Positions 61,408-64,000 of a stretch of 64,000 nt of DNA are shown piece by piece (position 1 is the stretch's first letter; every line of letters begins with the position of its first letter). A program made the position numbers and the translations under genes. The DNA comes from an uncultured Muribaculaceae bacterium (GTDB lineage: Bacteria > Bacteroidota > Bacteroidia > Bacteroidales > UBA932): NCBI GenBank assembly GCA_964397445.1, contig CAYNHZ010000001.1, positions 75,287 to 139,286 of the forward strand. Reading direction: 5' to 3'. The notes under the pieces are model-generated. The model saw only the letters and a list, made by a program, of their open reading frames with translations, was not told the origin of the DNA and did not search any database.

Positions 61408-61902
61408 ATGCCAAAATATCAGATTGATAAAATTGACCAAAAAATCCTCTCTTTCTTAGTAAAAAATGCAAGAATGCCATTCCTTGAGATAGCAAGGGAG
61501 TGTGGAGTTTCAGGTGCCGCAATACATCAGCGCGTAAAAAAAATGGAGAATTTAGGAATAATCACCGGGTCCCGTCTTTTAGTCAAACCACAAACTCTCG
61601 GACTTAATGTTTGTGCCTTTGTCGGGGTTTCTCTTTCTGAAGCAAATAGATACAGCGAAGTGATTGACGCTTTGAAAAAAATACCAGAAGTAGTTGAATG
61701 TCATTTTGTTACCGGTAAACACGCTTTGATGCTGAAGATATACTGTACAGACCACGAACACCTTATGGAGATATTGATCAATACTATTCAAAATATCCCT
61801 TGTGTTGAACAGACAGATACTTTAATATCGTTAGACCAAGCCATCGAAAGGCAAGTTTGGGTAAACGATTTCCCCACCAAGGAGGGTCAAAGCAAATCTT
61901 AA
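61408..61902 (+). CDS. Lrp/AsnC-family transcriptional regulator
   Basis: N-terminal HTH (DKIDQKILSFLVKNARMPFLEIARECGVSGAAIHQRVKKM) plus a C-terminal RAM/ACT-like domain. Start moved to ATG 61408, 27 nt downstream of a -7 box. Confidence 0.8.
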   Translation: MPKYQIDKIDQKILSFLVKNARMPFLEIARECGVSGAAIHQRVKKMENLGIITGSRLLVKPQTLGLNVCAFVGVSLSEANRYSEVIDALKKIPEVVECHFVTGKHALMLKIYCTDHEHLMEILINTIQNIPCVEQTDTLISLDQAIERQVWVNDFPTKEGQSKS

Positions 61903-62547
61903 ATCATCCTGAGTTGTAATTTTTATATTTGATCTACTCCCATCACAAAAAGTCAAAGGATACCCTTTACTCTCAACAACCGACGCGTCATCTGTAAAGA
62001 GTGTTGAGTACGCTTGAGTATAGCTCTCTATCAAAACATCCGAATGGAACACTTGAGGTGTCTGAACTATCAAGAACTTCTCCCGATCTACACTCTCTGT
62101 CTTGCCTCCATCTTTTTTGACCCTCATAGAGTCAAATACCTCAGTTACAGGAATAACTGCGACATTTTCAGATGCTTTTTCATACAATGAGATTAGTAAT
62201 TCTCTATTTACGATAGGGCGCACACCGTCGTGAATCGCAACTACACTTCCCGGGGAAACAAATTTGAGCCCCTTCTTAACAGAGTGGAATCGAGTTATCC
62301 CCCCTGTGGTGAGAATATATCTAAACTTGAAACCAGAATTATAACAATATTCCTTCCATAACTCTCTGATCTCAGGATTAATAACTATAATAATCTCCAC
62401 TTTAAAGGGGAGATTTAAAAACAGCTCTACGGTGTGTCTAAGTATCGGTTTACCATTCAACTCAATCATCTGCTTTGGGAGTTGGCAACCCATTCTTTTG
62501 CCACTTCCTCCTGCCATAATTATTACATATCTTTCACCGTTTAACAT
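61831..62547 (-). CDS. ispD: 2-C-methyl-D-erythritol 4-phosphate cytidylyltransferase
   Basis: N-terminal IIMAGGSGKRMG...PKQ motif and IspD-length GT-A fold. 238 aa. Confidence 0.85.
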   Translation of the reverse strand: MLNGERYVIIMAGGSGKRMGCQLPKQMIELNGKPILRHTVELFLNLPFKVEIIIVINPEIRELWKEYCYNSGFKFRYILTTGGITRFHSVKKGLKFVSPGSVVAIHDGVRPIVNRELLISLYEKASENVAVIPVTEVFDSMRVKKDGGKTESVDREKFLIVQTPQVFHSDVLIESYTQAYSTLFTDDASVVESKGYPLTFCDGSRSNIKITTQDDLRFALTLLGGEIVYPNLPFDGLV

Positions 62548-62567
62548 CGAATATTTTAAATATTTTA

Positions 62568-62575
62568 CAAATATA
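62568..62575 (-). promoter_or_regulatory. -7 box (TATATTTG on minus strand) for ispD
   Basis: Exact TAnnTTTG, 21 nt upstream of ATG 62547. Confidence 0.4.
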
Positions 62576-62639
62576 GCAGTTTTATATCATAATATTTGTA
62601 TTTTTACAGAATTAAAATCTTTTGAGAAAGAATAGTAAA

Positions 62640-64000
62640 ATGGAAGAAAAAAAGATAGAAAAAAGGATTAAAAAAGCTCTCATTTCGGTCTATCATAAGG
62701 ACTTTGTTTTAGATATTGCAAATGAACTTATTAGATATGATATTGAGATCATTTCCACCGGTGGAACATTCGATTTTTTAAGGTCAAAAAACATACCTGT
62801 TACATCTGTTGAAAGTATTACAGATTATCCATCAATTTTCGGGGGGAGGGTAAAAACACTCCATCCAAAAATTCTCGGAGGGATTCTTTATAGAAGAGAT
62901 AATCTGACCGACCTTCAAGAGAGGGAAAAATATAATATTCCGGGAATAGATCTTATAATTGTAGATCTTTACCCTTTCGAAGAGTATGTAAAGAACGGCT
63001 CGTCAGAGAATGAGATTATAGAAAAAATAGATATAGGTGGGATCTCTCTTATCAGGGCTGCCGCTAAAAACTATAATGACACTCTGATAGTTTCGAATAA
63101 GGATGATTATAAGCCGCTTATAGACCTGTTACAAGCCAAACACGGATACACCTCACTATCCGATAGAAGGTTTTTTGCCGCAAAAGCTTTTATGACAAGC
63201 TCCCATTACGACACTATGATTTTCGACTATTTCAACCAAGATTTGAATCTTCCGATTTTTGATAAGAGTGTTAAAGAGCATAAGGAGCTTAGATATGGAG
63301 AAAATCCTCATCAGAGAGCTTCATTCTTCGGAGATGTAGCATCTCTTCCAAAACAGATTCACGGTAAAGAGCTCTCTTACAATAATCTACTCGATGTAGA
63401 AGCTGCAATAGAATTAATCTCGGATTTTAATGATACCGCTGTTGCAATCATAAAACATAACAATGCTTGTGGATGTGCTGTTAGAGAAAATCTTACAGAG
63501 GCGTGGAAAGAGGCTCTTGCTTCCGACCCTGTTTCCGCTTTTGGAGGTATCATTGTTTCAAACAGGGTAATAGACCTTTCCACTGCTCAAGAGATGAATA
63601 CTATTTTCTTTGAAGTAGTTATTGCCCCTGGGTTCGACGCAGAGGCTTTAAAAGTCCTTTCAAGTAAGAAAAACAGAATTATATTGGATAGTACAGGGGT
63701 GACTATCCCGTCTATAAAATATCGTTCACTCCTATCGGGAACATTGGTTCAAGAGAGAGATAATCTAATTGAATCACCCGAAGATATGAAAGTTGTAACC
63801 AAAAAGTCTGTCACTAAAGAGGAGATTAAAGATCTTCTTTTCGCAAACATTTTAGTTAAACATTCCAAATCAAATGCTATTGTTTTGGCAAAAAACAATA
63901 AACTCATCGCAAGCGGGATAGGACAAACATCTCGAGTTGATTCTCTCAAACAAGCTATTGAGAAAGCCAATAATTTCGGCCTTTCACTTGAGGGGGCAGT
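62640..64000 (+). CDS. purH: Bifunctional AICAR transformylase / IMP cyclohydrolase, 5' partial (continues beyond window)
   Basis: Not in the ORF track because there is no stop within the window. Hand translation from ATG 62640 gives MEEKKIEKRIKKALISVYHKDFVLDIANELIRYDIEIISTGGTFDFL...GGRVKTLHPKILGGIL, the MGS-like IMP cyclohydrolase domain of PurH. Confidence 0.9.
   Translation, partial: MEEKKIEKRIKKALISVYHKDFVLDIANELIRYDIEIISTGGTFDFLRSKNIPVTSVESITDYPSIFGGRVKTLHPKILGGILYRRDNLTDLQEREKYNIPGIDLIIVDLYPFEEYVKNGSSENEIIEKIDIGGISLIRAAAKNYNDTLIVSNKDDYKPLIDLLQAKHGYTSLSDRRFFAAKAFMTSSHYDTMIFDYFNQDLNLPIFDKSVKEHKELRYGENPHQRASFFGDVASLPKQIHGKELSYNNLLDVEAAIELISDFNDTAVAIIKHNNACGCAVRENLTEAWKEALASDPVSAFGGIIVSNRVIDLSTAQEMNTIFFEVVIAPGFDAEALKVLSSKKNRIILDSTGVTIPSIKYRSLLSGTLVQERDNLIESPEDMKVVTKKSVTKEEIKDLLFANILVKHSKSNAIVLAKNNKLIASGIGQTSRVDSLKQAIEKANNFGLSLEGA

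Noticed and set aside
1-64000. Search for CRISPR arrays, tRNA/rRNA genes, IS elements, integrases, phage genes, toxin-antitoxin pairs or known defence systems
   Set aside because: Every gap larger than ~60 bp was read and none is long enough for a structured RNA gene or array. No regularly spaced repeats were seen. No transposase, recombinase or nuclease-helicase defence-type ORFs appear in the track. This is a by-eye scan, not an exhaustive computation.

Overview
This is an AT-rich, very gene-dense chromosomal segment with about 50 CDS and mostly short intergenic gaps. It almost certainly comes from a member of Bacteroidota. The evidence is a SusC/SusD pair, a lipoprotein-rich glycan locus, and TAnnTTTG -7 boxes recurring 10-50 nt upstream of most operon-leading start codons.

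Gene content in order:
- nadB-nadC
- a tsaE-selU-DsrE-like-selD (2-selenouridine) operon
- comM, waaA, mlaEF
- a TGS-fused nucleoside kinase
- an EnvC-like M23 protein and a TPR protein
- an ECF sigma factor with a coupled anti-sigma-like/beta-barrel protein
- uvrA, an MBL hydrolase, a deoxynucleoside kinase, a PfkB kinase
- panCD plus a coupled UPF0104 membrane protein
- a ~17 kb starch/alpha-glucan PUL: MFS-susC-susD-susE-like-susF-like, then four tandem GH13 genes
- a LytS/LytTR two-component system and a CBM20-GH77 malQ
- a DAACS symporter
- an exported beta-lactamase-fold/peptidase-C26 fusion
- radA
- an SBP / Cache-HAMP-PP2C-kinase / STAS partner-switching module
- prmC, ddl, PBP1A, topA, an Lrp/AsnC regulator, ispD, and the 5' part of purH

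I found no rRNA, tRNA, CRISPR array, transposase, integrase, phage gene or recognisable defence system. The window reads as core genome plus one PUL. Nothing can be claimed as a demonstrated new system from sequence alone.

The best candidates for a second look are:
1. The LytS/LytTR system embedded in the alpha-glucan locus. A perfect GATGAATTG-N12-GATGAATTG direct repeat sits in the divergent promoter region.
2. The sigma-less partner-switching module, with phosphatase and kinase fused in one Cache sensor and a coupled orphan SBP.
3. The exported beta-lactamase-fold/gamma-glutamyl hydrolase fusion.
4. The stand-alone DsrE-like gene sandwiched between selD and selU.
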